NCBI GenBank assembly: GCA_026914245.1
Contig: CP110440.1
Location: 868,001-932,000, forward strand
Direction of reading: 5' to 3'
Source of the DNA: Puccinia triticina
Taxonomy: Eukaryota
DNA: 64,000 nucleotides
This document shows positions 37,648 through 49,429 of this stretch, piece after piece (positions within the stretch are counted from its first letter, which is position 1; the number at the start of each line of letters is the position of its first letter). Below the pieces are notes generated by a model. It ran no database searches. It saw only the letters and a program-made list of their open reading frames with translations, and was not told the origin of the DNA. The position numbers and the translations under genes are program-made.

Positions 37648-39150
37648 ATGGACGAAACAGAACACAGATCCTTAATACAACATCATCTTCAACTTGGACA
37701 ACAGATGATTCACAATCTCCTCGAAGATGAAGCAACCCTCCGAACCCTTTTTGAAGAACTGGATTCTGACTCGGATGGCGAAGAACCCGAAAATGAAGAA
37801 CGTTGCAGAAGAAGGCCAAACAAAGACCGTGACCGTTACATTTTTCATGATAAGCTCATGGCCGATTATTTTAACAAGAACTCAACGTATTGATGGTCTT
37901 GATTTTTTACAGCCCATAATTAGTTGATTGAAGCTGACCTCAATGATGATTGCTTCTAGGTACAATGATCGTGCCTTTTCGCGACGGTTTTGGCTTGATA
38001 AGGAGGTTTTCATGCGCATCCTTGAAGATTTGAAGTCAATTATCCTTACTTTGTCCAGAGGCCGGACTGTACCGGCAAGCTTGGACTCAGCCCGGAACAG
38101 AAAATGACAGCCGTCCTCCAACAGCTAGGCTATGGACTCCTGTTTGATGCAACAGATGAATATTGCCGCCTTGGAGAAACAACAGCTCAAGTGAACATGT
38201 CAATGTTCTGTGCGGCAATCCAAGAGCTCTATGGTCCAATCTACTTGTGAAGCCCAACTGAAGACGATCTCCAACGGATTCTGAGTCAGAACGCCAAACA
38301 AGGCTTTCCGGGTTGTCTCGGCAGTTTGGACTGCATGCACTGGGGTTGGAAGAACTGCCCAACTGCTCATGCTGGGCAGTTTAAAGGCAAGGAGAAGGGG
38401 CCGACTCTAGTGCTTGAGGCAGTTGCAACACAAGACACGTGGATTTGGCATGCCTTCTTTGGCACTTCCGGCTCTCTTAACGACATCAACGTCCTTGATT
38501 GCTCACCTCTCTTCCAATCTAAAATTGCGGGGACTTCGTGGAACGTCAATTTTACTGTTAATGAACACAAGTACAACCACGCTTACTATCTGGTCGATGG
38601 TATATACCCTAGTTGGTCAACCCTTATTGAGTCAAAGGGCCTGGCACAAGATCGAGCAACCCGACACTTTACTAAGAGTCAAGAATCAGCTCGGAAGGAC
38701 ATCGAACGAGCTTTTGGGATGTTGAAAGCACGCTGGAAGATACTCACCAAGCCTGCGCTTCAATGGTACCCCGGCGATATTGCCGCCATCATGAACACAT
38801 GCATCATTCTGCACAACATGATGGTGGAATATCGGTATCCACCAATGCATTTCACTCGGTCGGACTCTTTCGAACTCATTCCACCCCGCGAACAGCCATT
38901 CACTATCCGGGAGCAAATAATCCGAACGGTCGAAATGAAATCATGTGAAATCCATGACAGGCTCCTCCAAGATCTCATTGCCCATGGATGGAGGCTCAGC
39001 GGGAGATCTGAAGAGACGGAAAAGGATTGGCAATTAGATGCCGAGCTTGATGCCCAACTGGACGCCGATTTGGACGCCCAAAGGGCCGAAGAATCTGATT
39101 CGGACTCTGAAGATTTGGACGCCCGAAGGGCCAAAGAGCCCGAGGTCTAA
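37648..39150 (+). pseudogene. Harbinger DDE transposase
   Basis: GSLDCMHW, YYLVDGIY, RKDIERAFGMLKARW, CIILHNM; one intron; in-frame TGA at 38248. Confidence 0.9.
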
Positions 39151-39547
39151 TTCTCTCATCTATGACCTCTTTATCTCAACTGAAATGCAAGCCAGGTATT
39201 TATTGTGAGACAACCAAACATTTCAAAGAGAAATGAATACAACTTTTTTTAATTGAGATCGTTATTTGGTGAGATTGATAAGCAGGAAAAGTGAGACTAT
39301 TTAATTGAGATTGTTATTTGGTGAGATCAATAAGCAGGAAAAGTGAGACCGTTTAATTGAGATTGTTATTCGGTGAGATCGATAAGCAGGAAAAGTGAGA
39401 CCAACACTACATAACATGATCCCTAATTTTTCATTGAGCTTCTTATTCGGTGAAATCAATAAGCAGGAAAAGTGAGAACAACACTACATAGCATGATCCC
39501 TAGTTCTTGTTTGGACTAGGGAAGCATGATAACAGACCCAAAGAACA

Positions 39548-40707
39548 TTACAACAAGGCAGGATTGATGTTGTCCCTGTCCGCAAGCAAAGGCAACAAGG
39601 TGCGTCGAGGGCCCAAGGGTGTCTGAAAGGCTTGGTGAGAGTCAAAGGGACCGCTGCCCTCACCCGTATCTTCATGAAGAGAACTCGGCGCCGCTTCCAA
39701 ATGATCCAATCTTGCTTGATCGTCAGGATCCAAAGTCGCAGATTCATTCGCAGAAGCTGTGGCCAATGCCGAACAGACTTTTGCAGGTGGATTTCGGATT
39801 TTTTCAAGGATGCACTTCCTACGAGCAGTCATGCAGCTCCTCGTCTCCGCACTCAGTGAGGTCCTGTAACATCAACTTCAGGTCGGAATTTTGCTCCTCA
39901 GTCGCCGCAAGTCGCTCTTGGATTTCGTTCAAGCGATTAGCCGCAGCAATTTGTCGGTCGGCGTCCCTGGTCGCTTTCTCAAGAAGCTTGAGTTTCTGAC
40001 GACGAAACCCACTCTCCTCAACCTTTCTCTTGGCTTGTTTGATCCCTTTGGGTCGCTTCCATCGAAGTTCAGACTCATTGGCGCCTTGCGGTGTAGAGGA
40101 GGGATTTGGCTGTGACTGGAAACTGGCTGAGAGCGAAGGTGACTCAGCGGATGTTGAGTTTGCTGCTGAGTGGGATGAAGGGCGTGGAGAGGGCCGGGAA
40201 CCGTTTTTCGCGTGTCCAGTCATCAATTTCTTCCACTTCGGCGCGTCCTTGACGATATTCCAAGCTGAATCATGGGTGAAAGCGCGATTTTTGGTCTGGA
40301 GGTACATCTCCTTCGCATTAATGAGCCAGTCCAATGGGGAGGTTCCAGAAGCTGGATTACTGGCCATTTGATTGTATATCGCAGCAAATCGGAGAATGAA
40401 CTTCTGTATGTTCTTCCACCTAGAACAACCCACAAATGAAAACATCAGTAAGTATAGACTTGAACCAACAAGAGAACTAATAGGCATACCTGCTTTGTAG
40501 CTTATTCCCGTCTCTTGGAGGCCCAGGAGTGAACCGGTTATAATCGTCGGCAATACAAGCAAAGAACTCGTCTTTCCCTTGCTGGTTTGAGTGGATTGCA
40601 TCTTCGGAGGTCACGACCCAACTCTTCGCAAGCTGTGTGTCTTCCTCGAGAGTGAAGTTTGGGGCTCGTTTGGTTTTTGAGTGATCATCTTCATTGTTGC
40701 TAGCCAT
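39548..40707 (-). pseudogene. Harbinger ORF2 (Myb/SANT-like DNA-binding protein)
   Basis: RAPNFTLEEDTQLAKSW, an intron, then RWKNIQK...AWNIVKDAPKW...RPKGIKQAK; possible frameshift near 39825. Confidence 0.8.
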
Positions 40708-42218
40708 TGTGTTGGATATGGTTGACTTTGGGATATACACATGTGGAGGGGGATATGTGCCTTAATCTGAGATAATCCAGGCCATGCTGCATATTCATTT
40801 TCAGTCTAGTCCCAGGATTAGTGGGGTCTACATCTAGACCCCACTAGCTCCAAACGGAGCTCCGGGTCAAGTTGATCCCGAGTTAATCCGAGCCAATGCG
40901 GATGCGGGGGTGGACTAAGTGCCCTGATCCGGGCTAACTTAGTACCGAATGCGGATGCTCTTAATCCCGCACCAATGCGGCTGCCGGCCGGGATTAGCGC
41001 TAATCCGGGAGTAAGCAGATCTGTTACTCCTCGTGTTACACCCGCACCGATGCGGATGCTCTGAAGACTGGAAACGAGCTACGCAGTAGCCTGCTTACAT
41101 GAATTATGCAGGCTACAGGAGGTCTCTAGAGCTGCCCCTCGCTGCCCCTCGCCCGCCCTCTCACAGGCGTATGACTAAGCAGGTCCCGAGCTCGCGACCA
41201 ACGTTCGATCGCCTTCCATCGCTGCGTGGCCCCAGCGGGCCTCGCAGCATTGCGGAACAAGACCCATTGCTAACTTTGCGCAAGGCAGCATGTACTTCAA
41301 GCATGCTCTAGGGCGCGCGGCGCTCCACATTGAAACCTAACTTGCCCCCCCACTCGTCGCGCGCCCCCTCCATGATCCTTCTCCAAACTCCACGCGTCTC
41401 TGAACTCCACGCTTCTCCGAACTCCACGCGTCTCCGAACTCCACCCTCATCGTAGATGTTTTCCGCTCAGTCCAGCCTCCCTGGCCCTTCAAGTGATCCC
41501 ATTGGTGCCCGTCCACCCAACCCAGAGCCCCATACCCATCCCGTTGTGGTATACAAAATGGGAAAAATCAAAAGTTTTTCTCTCATTTGCGTAATTAGTC
41601 ATAGAATGCCTCATGGTACGACCATATGGACCCCAGAAATGGAATCTACGGCCAAATTACCCCCTAGTCTACACTGAAAGTGTAACTGTAGCCCCACTGC
41701 ACTGGAAGTTAGACCCTCCGGACAACCTGTAGCACCCTGTTGACCCCTGTCACGCACCTCAAGCCACCTTTCCCTACTCCATGGTATCTCCACTGCATAT
41801 ATTATTTTGCCTTTGTTTTCTAGCTGCATGACATCATCCAGCACTGCCACTGCAGTCTGTGCCATTGTTCTCCGCATTCTAGAACTTTCACCTCCACTTT
41901 TGTTTGGTTTTATTGCATCACATGCCATTGTTCCCTGCATCATGCATGCACCCCTCGCATAAATTGTACACAGCGCAGGCCAGCTAAAATCCCTCACTGG
42001 GGCTGCCCTGGAGCTAAAATCCCTCACATTTGTCTATATAAGGGGCTCTCTCCCCCTCATTTGTAGCTCCTTAGTTTATTACTCATCAGTGATTCACTCA
42101 CCACCTTGTACTCTCAACACTTACAACTATACTCATAACAACCCTTATATATCAATAACAAATCTTTATAAAGTGTATCAAATAAACTCATCTTGAGCAT
42201 TCACTCCTATCACCTAAT

Positions 42219-42252
<34 letters not shown>

Positions 42253-42933
42253 AGCTGGTAGTATAGAAGGGCAGAGCTTGCAACTCCTTCATCCCCTTCT
42301 CCATTCAGCAAAAGGGTTTCACAACCACTTTTAAGTCTTACAAGGGAGTCCCCAATGTGATTAGGATAAATTTGTTCGATCAACACCAGATTACCGATTT
42401 CAACAACTTGGAATAACGTCGAAGGATACCTACTTCTAGCGGCGAAAGGATCAAATTCTTCAACAAAATCTACAAACTCCACGGCATATTCACTTATTCT
42501 GTTGGAAAACCAGTCGAATACTAAAACATCATTTACGAAACGGATTACAAGCCTCTGAAGAGAACGTGTAACCACCAGACCTGAAAGGAGAATTTCGAAG
42601 AAAGCGGCTGATTATATACTGGAAGACGGTGTGTCGTACCAAAGGATCTGGATAATCAGATACTGCTAGAAGAAAACTCTGGAGTCCACTTGAAGGAAAC
42701 AGCCAATTATATACTGAAAGACGGTTGTTGTACCAAAGAATTCAGATAATTAGGATACTGTTTGAAGAACACTCCCAGTACGGTAAAGTTATTTATATCA
42801 ATTATTAAAGAAAAAGCCCCAATTAGCCCTGGTAAAGAGACCAGAGACCAGATATTATTGTTTCTTTTTCAGAGCACAGTAACCGTTAGCAAAAGATTGT
42901 GATATTACAAAACTAGGATTCAACAAGAACAAA

Positions 42934-45453
42934 ATGAGTTTACCGTTTAGCGCACCAGATTTGGAGAATGGATTTGCTCCTCCATCAACCCCTTTTAGGA
43001 ACAGACCTGCGGCCGGAACTTCAGCCTTGAATTGGAATCCGGATACAACAAACCCACCTGCACCACCCAGAAAAGACAAAGGAAAGGGAATTGACCTTCA
43101 ACTCAGAGACCAATACGGAGATGAATTATCAGATTCGGATGAAACTCCTCAAAACACAAACTTACCGCAACGTAACAATACTCCACATCAACCTATATCG
43201 GGGTACGGAATTCACAACACGGAAAATATTCGAGAAACTATGTATCAACCTCAGTTTCAACAACGACAACAGCCAATTCCACCCCCACCGGTTCAACAAC
43301 CACCCATTCAGCATCCACAAGCTTTTTATCCACAGTACTACCAACCCCCACAGTTCCACCAAGTCAAACCAGTCATTATTAAAGAGCCTGGACTCTTCTA
43401 TGATGGCAACCAATTCATGAAGTTCTTAAAGCGTTTCAAAAGAACGGCCAACGCTTTCCAAGCAACGGATTACGATAAGGCGCTTCAGATTGGACGATTT
43501 GTGCGGACAGAGGAACTCAAGAGCGAACTCGAGGAGATGGACGGATACGATGACTGCGACTGGAAAAAATTACGGAAAGAAATGGTCAAAACATGGGGCG
43601 AATTAGATAATACTATTATGTACACCACTGATGATTTAATCAAAGTAGCAAAACAGCAAGCCAAGAACGGAGTCACAAATTATCGAGACTACAAGACCTA
43701 TCTTGGGAAGTTCACCTCAATTCTCAAGTACCTTATTAAAAATGATCACATTAGCAAGGAGGAGGACGCGGCCCTGCTATTCCTAAGTGCCTTTTCAAAT
43801 GAAAGTCAAAGAAGCATCAAACGGACTCTAGTCAACAAGGGACAACTTCCAAAAGCCAAGGATGGAAGCAATAAGGCACCTAAATGGGATGACCTTGTGG
43901 CAGCGGCAGAAACTGAAATCCAAATTAACGAAGGCTATGTCAATTTCTCAAGCTTTTCCGAGTCAAATCAAGCTATGCAGAAAAATCTAGAGGCTAGGAA
44001 AGGTGACGGGAAACGGCGAGAACAAATGTTACAAGAAACCCCAAATGACAAAGCAGTAGAACAGAAGTTAAATGAAGTCCAACAGGAGTTGGCATCGCTT
44101 AAGCAGCAGCTTAAAAACACGGCACCAGTTTATCGAAAGGGACCAGTGGAGAGACAAGAATTTTCTCGCGAAGCGCCAAGACCATCCACCCCACTATATG
44201 AATCTACAATCTGCTACTATTGTAAACGGGAAGGGCACTCTACCGGACAATGCCCAGAATTCATTAAAGACAAGAGTCAAGGATTGGTGAAGAGAGAGGG
44301 GAAAGAGTGGTACTTACCGAATGGACAACACATTCCTTGGAACCCATCTCGGCCAATCCGTTCAGTAGTGGCAAGTGCTTCGGCAGATCCCGCCATGCAA
44401 GATGCGATTAGAAACTTAGCTGAATCAAGACAAAATAACGGAAGCACTCCCATGATGAAAAGCTCAGCTCAGACTGTCGAATGGGAACCACCTCAACTTG
44501 GTGCAGAAAACTATCTGAGAACTCATGCAATTACAAGATCTGAAGCTCAGAAAGGTCGGCGTAGCGTGAGGATCCAAGAACCAGAAAAAGACGGCATGGA
44601 CATTGATGCGGAGGACGAATTAGCAGAAATTCAACAGGAAAATCCTAGAAAGGCACCAGAGAAAATATGGAGTCGAGAAAGGGCACCTATCAGTATCAAG
44701 AAAAATTCTCCGGAGGAATCACTACTACAAGATTTAGACCAAGTAAAAATTCCGACAACTTTTGCCCAGCTTACGGCTATTTCACCATCATACACGGAAC
44801 AAGTCATTGCCAAACTTCAAGGACGCCTTCCGGGTAAAAACAGTGCTACCTACATTGCTACGGAATCCACCAAAGTTTCAGCTGCAATGACTACACCCCA
44901 GAAAGACGAAGATATCTCAGACCCGTGTTATTATAGTTGTGCTCTGGGATATGTAACTGCCGAAGTGGGGGGAGCAAAAGTAGACTTCATGGTTGATTCC
45001 AGATCTATGGTAAATGTCATACCCCAATCAGTTGCAGAAGACTTGGATTTGGAATTGGTTTCAGTAGACATACCCATGAAAGGAGTTGGCGGTGCTAGAT
45101 GTGACATAAACGGTGTGGCGGAAAACTGCTTGTTAGCAATTGGTCGATTCTCCGGACCTGCTCACCTATTTGTTTCACCTAAAGCACAAGAATGCATTCT
45201 TGGAAGACCATTTCTTTTTGACTACGAATGTACGTTGGAATACCACAAAACCGGCGAGACACTCTCTTTCCAAGGATCAAAAGGCAGAAGAGTTTCTGTA
45301 CCCTTGGCTAGAATTGGACAAGGGAAAGGCTGGAATAATCGGAAGGATCTGAGCACAAACATACTTATGCCAGCCACTGAACACGGGTCTACAGGAGAAG
45401 GAGGTGAAGAACATCGGATGTTTTCAAAGAAACCTACTCAATCTTTTTTATGA
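42934..45453 (+). CDS. Gypsy ORF1: Gag, zinc knuckle and aspartic protease
   Basis: CYYCKREGHSTGQC; FMVDSRS (expected DSG reads DSR) and ILGRPF. Confidence 0.9.
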   Translation: MSLPFSAPDLENGFAPPSTPFRNRPAAGTSALNWNPDTTNPPAPPRKDKGKGIDLQLRDQYGDELSDSDETPQNTNLPQRNNTPHQPISGYGIHNTENIRETMYQPQFQQRQQPIPPPPVQQPPIQHPQAFYPQYYQPPQFHQVKPVIIKEPGLFYDGNQFMKFLKRFKRTANAFQATDYDKALQIGRFVRTEELKSELEEMDGYDDCDWKKLRKEMVKTWGELDNTIMYTTDDLIKVAKQQAKNGVTNYRDYKTYLGKFTSILKYLIKNDHISKEEDAALLFLSAFSNESQRSIKRTLVNKGQLPKAKDGSNKAPKWDDLVAAAETEIQINEGYVNFSSFSESNQAMQKNLEARKGDGKRREQMLQETPNDKAVEQKLNEVQQELASLKQQLKNTAPVYRKGPVERQEFSREAPRPSTPLYESTICYYCKREGHSTGQCPEFIKDKSQGLVKREGKEWYLPNGQHIPWNPSRPIRSVVASASADPAMQDAIRNLAESRQNNGSTPMMKSSAQTVEWEPPQLGAENYLRTHAITRSEAQKGRRSVRIQEPEKDGMDIDAEDELAEIQQENPRKAPEKIWSRERAPISIKKNSPEESLLQDLDQVKIPTTFAQLTAISPSYTEQVIAKLQGRLPGKNSATYIATESTKVSAAMTTPQKDEDISDPCYYSCALGYVTAEVGGAKVDFMVDSRSMVNVIPQSVAEDLDLELVSVDIPMKGVGGARCDINGVAENCLLAIGRFSGPAHLFVSPKAQECILGRPFLFDYECTLEYHKTGETLSFQGSKGRRVSVPLARIGQGKGWNNRKDLSTNILMPATEHGSTGEGGEEHRMFSKKPTQSFL

Positions 45454-48400
45454 TCACCGGTGTTCACTTAGGGAATAGCTTGCTACAGCTGGTCGAGCAG
45501 GCTATGTCTCGAACACTGGGTTTTTTAGACTGGCTCGAAACATCCTTTCTGTACTTATTGGAGAAACTACAAAAACAAACTATAAAATATTTCTCGAAGA
45601 TTCTATCCATCAAACCGGGACTAACAAGGACTAATGGGACAGCTGAATCAACCAAGTTTCTCAAATGTATTCCGTCTATCAATAGTGTAAAATTATTAGC
45701 TTCACACCAACCTACCAACAATAGAGTTGGGAAGCTATTCGAAAAGGGTTTGGGCTTGGCATTTCAAGCAAAGTTATGTCAAAGTTGGAAGGATGGAAGT
45801 CTATGGTGTATGACCAAATACAAACCAGTAGCAAAGAAAATTCGGCCCATTAATGAACCTATTCCGCAAACGCTAAACCCGCCTCTTCAACGACCACCAC
45901 TCTCACGAGATCCGTACAAGACACCACTCACACCAAATCCTCCAGAATTCAAACCCACTGCCAGGATTACAGAAGAACGCCTAAAGGTAGTCAATTTTGG
46001 ACCGGAAGGATGGCTTTGGGAAGAAGAATTGAAGCTCTTCAAGCACTTAATTATAATTCGAGAGAAGGCTATAGCATTCACCCCAGAAGAAAGAGGGCTT
46101 TTGAAGCATTCCTACGGTTTGCCTTATATTATACCAGTAGTGGATCACCAACCTTGGCAGAAGAAGCCAATTCCAATACCTGCGGCAATTAAGGACGAAT
46201 ATGTGGAACAAGTACGGGAACGTATACGAAACAAAGTTTACAAACAATCAACATCCAGCTATTCTAGTCCAGTTTTCTGTGTCCTAAAGCATGATGGAAA
46301 ACTAAGAATAGTTCACGACTTACAAGAAATGAACAAGGTTACCATCAAGGATGCTGGGCTACCTCCTGCAACAGAAGAATTTGTGGAATCCTTTGCAGGA
46401 CGCGCCTGTTACGGACTAGGCGACATCATGGGCGGCTACGACGAAAGAGAATTGGCCCCAGAATCAAGACCCTTAACCACATTTGATACACCACTAGGAA
46501 GATTCCAACTTACAAGACTTCCCCAAGGAGCAACAAATTCTGTGGCGGTTTACCAAGCTCAAATGATGTGGATCCTCCAGGACGAGATACCGGAACACGT
46601 AGGCGTATTTATTGACGATGGCGGTATAAAAGGACCTGTTTCAACATACAACAACGAGGTACTAGAAGAAAATCCGGGAATTCGGCGGTTTATTTGGGAT
46701 TACGCTCAAACTCTTGAAAGAGTTTTATTTCGGATTGAAGAAGCAGGACTTACCATCTCAGGAAAGAAGTTTGCGTGTTGTGTACCGGCTTTGGACATTG
46801 TTGGACATGTGGTTTGCAGAGAAGGAAGGCGTGTGTCATCCCAGAAGAAAAACAAAATCTCAACCTGGCCTACTCCAAATAATGTCACAGAACTCCAAGG
46901 CTTCATGGGAATAGTAACCTATGTCAGAATTTTTATTAAAAATCTGTCAGAGATTGCTGCACCTCTCAGGAAACTCACACGAAAGGATGTCGAATGGGCC
47001 TGGGACAAGGACTGTGATCAAGCTTTCAACCTTCTCAAAAAGATCATTGGAGAAGACATCACCTTGAAAAGCCTTGACTATTCTGAAGATGCCGGACTTA
47101 TTATCTTAGCCGTGGATTCCAGCTTCATCGCGGCAGGAGGAGTACTTTCTCAGCAAGAACTACAAACAGGACTTATTCGACCAGTTCTCTACGAATCAGT
47201 TGTCTTCTCACCGGTGGAATCGAAATATTCCCAGCCAAAGTTAGAGCTCTGTGGCGTAGCTAGGATCCTCAAGAAATTACAGACACTTCTTTGGGGTCAA
47301 CACTTTGAGTTACAAGTCGATGCTCAATCCCTAATCCAAATGATCAACTCTCCTTCGCTTCCCAATGCACCTATGACCAGATGGGTGGCTTTCATTCAGC
47401 TATTCTCATTTGATATGGTACATAAGCCAGGGAAGACATTTACTTTACCAGATGCATTGTCGAGAAGACCTATAAGCGATGACGAGGACGAGTTTTATAA
47501 CGATTCAGACGACTTTGATGAAGAGGAACCACTGATTAAAGTCTGCTCCTGATTTAGAACATGCTCAATGTCCACAAGTATTCTAGAATGGGAATCATCT
47601 GGATTTTGGAAAGATCTCAAGGAATATTTACAAACCCTGCGTAAACCACAAGGATTGGATCCTGAAGAATTTCAGAAACTCAAACGAAAATCAGCAAATT
47701 ATTTTATTCAGGATGGACGACTGATGCGCCGGCACTCTCCAATGGCGCAACTAGTAATTTGTAACATCTCGTATCAAAGTAAGCTCTTACGGAAGGTTCA
47801 CGAGGAACTCGGTCATCGAGGACTTGAAGAAACATACCAACGCCTAGTCTGCCGATTTTGGTGGCCAAGTCTGAAGAAAAAGGTTCGCTTATGGGTAAAA
47901 AGCTGTGAAACATGTCAAAAAAGGGACCCACTGGTACCTAGGGAAATTCGAAACCCAACTGGTGAAAACACTTTATTCGGACGAGTAGCGTTGGATGTCT
48001 GCCACATCAAGGCTGGAAGATATAAATATTTACTTGTGGCTCGAGATGACTTATCAGGATGGGTAGAGGCAGCTCCTTTGGTCAAACTCACAGCGGCAAC
48101 AATTGGAAAATTTCTCTTGGAGGAATGGGTTTATCGGTATGGGGTAATCAAGACGGTTACGGCGGACAATGGACCCGAATTCAAAAATGAATTTATCAAA
48201 GCTGTGGAAAAGATTGGTGCAACTTTCAAACAGCCTACACCTTATTATCTGGAGGCCAACGGCATGATAGAAAGAGGACACCGGCCAATTAAAGACACAT
48301 TGATCAAGATGTGCGGCGAGTCTGGAGGAAAATGGAGAGAATATCTACCTCTAGTGCTTTTTTCAGACAGGATTTCGACAAAACGTACAACAGGTTACTC

Positions 48401-49004
48401 ACCATTTGAACTTGTTTTTGGACAAAAAGCGGTGCTACCTGTGGATCTAGAAATGGACACCTATCTAGGAATTGATTGGACGGAAATCAAAACTACAGAA
48501 CAGCTGTTAGAAGCTCGAACAAAGCAATTAGAAAGGAGGGACGAAATTCTGGAAATAGCTCACAAGAAACTAATGAAAGCTAGAGAATCCTCTGTTCGGT
48601 ACTGGGACCGAAAAATGGCAGCAAGACTCCAAAACCCTCTTGATCCTGGCGAACTAGTTTTAATTTACAATAAAAGCTTGGAGGACCAATGGGGAAAGCT
48701 TTTTCTTAACCGATGGAATGGTCCTTTTAGAATCACTAAACAACTACCAAAGGGGTCGTATATCTTGGAGGAATTGGATGGTGTGGAACTTAAAAGGGCT
48801 TACGCAGCTTCTCATATCAAACGCTTTTACCCACGTGGACGTGAACTTGAGGAGATCCAACAAGACGAGGATCCAGATCAACCTGATTTGTCGGATGAGG
48901 ACGACACTGGTGAAAATTTGCATGAAGATTCTGATGAAGAACTGGACAACAATCTGAATTGTTGCCCATCTCCAAGTTGGGGGAGAAAACAACATTCTAT
49001 TTGA
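45450..49004 (+). pseudogene. Gypsy ORF2: RT-RNaseH-integrase with one in-frame stop at 47550
   Basis: RLPQG, FIDDGG, AVDSS...ELCG...DALSR, H-H-C-C finger, ADNGPEF. The 45450 and 47568 ORFs are in the same frame. Confidence 0.93.
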
Positions 49005-49429
49005 GAATGTTTTTCTCCCTAGCAAAAGTATTATATTTAAAATTGAAATTTTTCTCTTTGGGTTATTTTTGAACAACACATTTTCTCTATGTTGAAGTCA
49101 TTCAGAACATTAAAAACTCACTTCTCAAGCAAGGTTGAGGACAACCTGTTTAAGTTGGGGGAGGGGTGTTGGTATATATATTTCAGGCTAATAATCAAAA
49201 GATAAAAAGAGACTAGCCTACTGTACAAGAGATAAAAAGAAAAGAATAATACATTTTTTAGTTTTACCTCATATAAGTTTTTTTTATTTTTTTTCTATTA
49301 TCTATCGATTTTTTTGGTTTTGTGACGATTTTACCCCAGGAAACACGCAGCATAGGCGACTAAAAGAAAAAGCAAAGCAAAAATAATTAGTATAAAAATA
49401 ATAATGCATAAAAAAAAAAAAGAAAGATA

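Larger units (their letters stand above)
37457..40960 (+). mobile_element. PIF/Harbinger transposon with two convergent genes
   Basis: TIR GAGCATCCGCAT; TSD TTA (37454-37456 and 40961-40963). Confidence 0.92.
36598..41061. mobile_element. Outer non-autonomous Harbinger-family element
   Basis: TIR GAGCATCCGCATCGGT at both ends; 3-bp TSD TGA. Confidence 0.85.

Noticed and set aside
41611..42027. 138-aa minus-strand ORF duplicated at 52262-52678
   Set aside because: The duplication simply reflects the two Gypsy LTRs.
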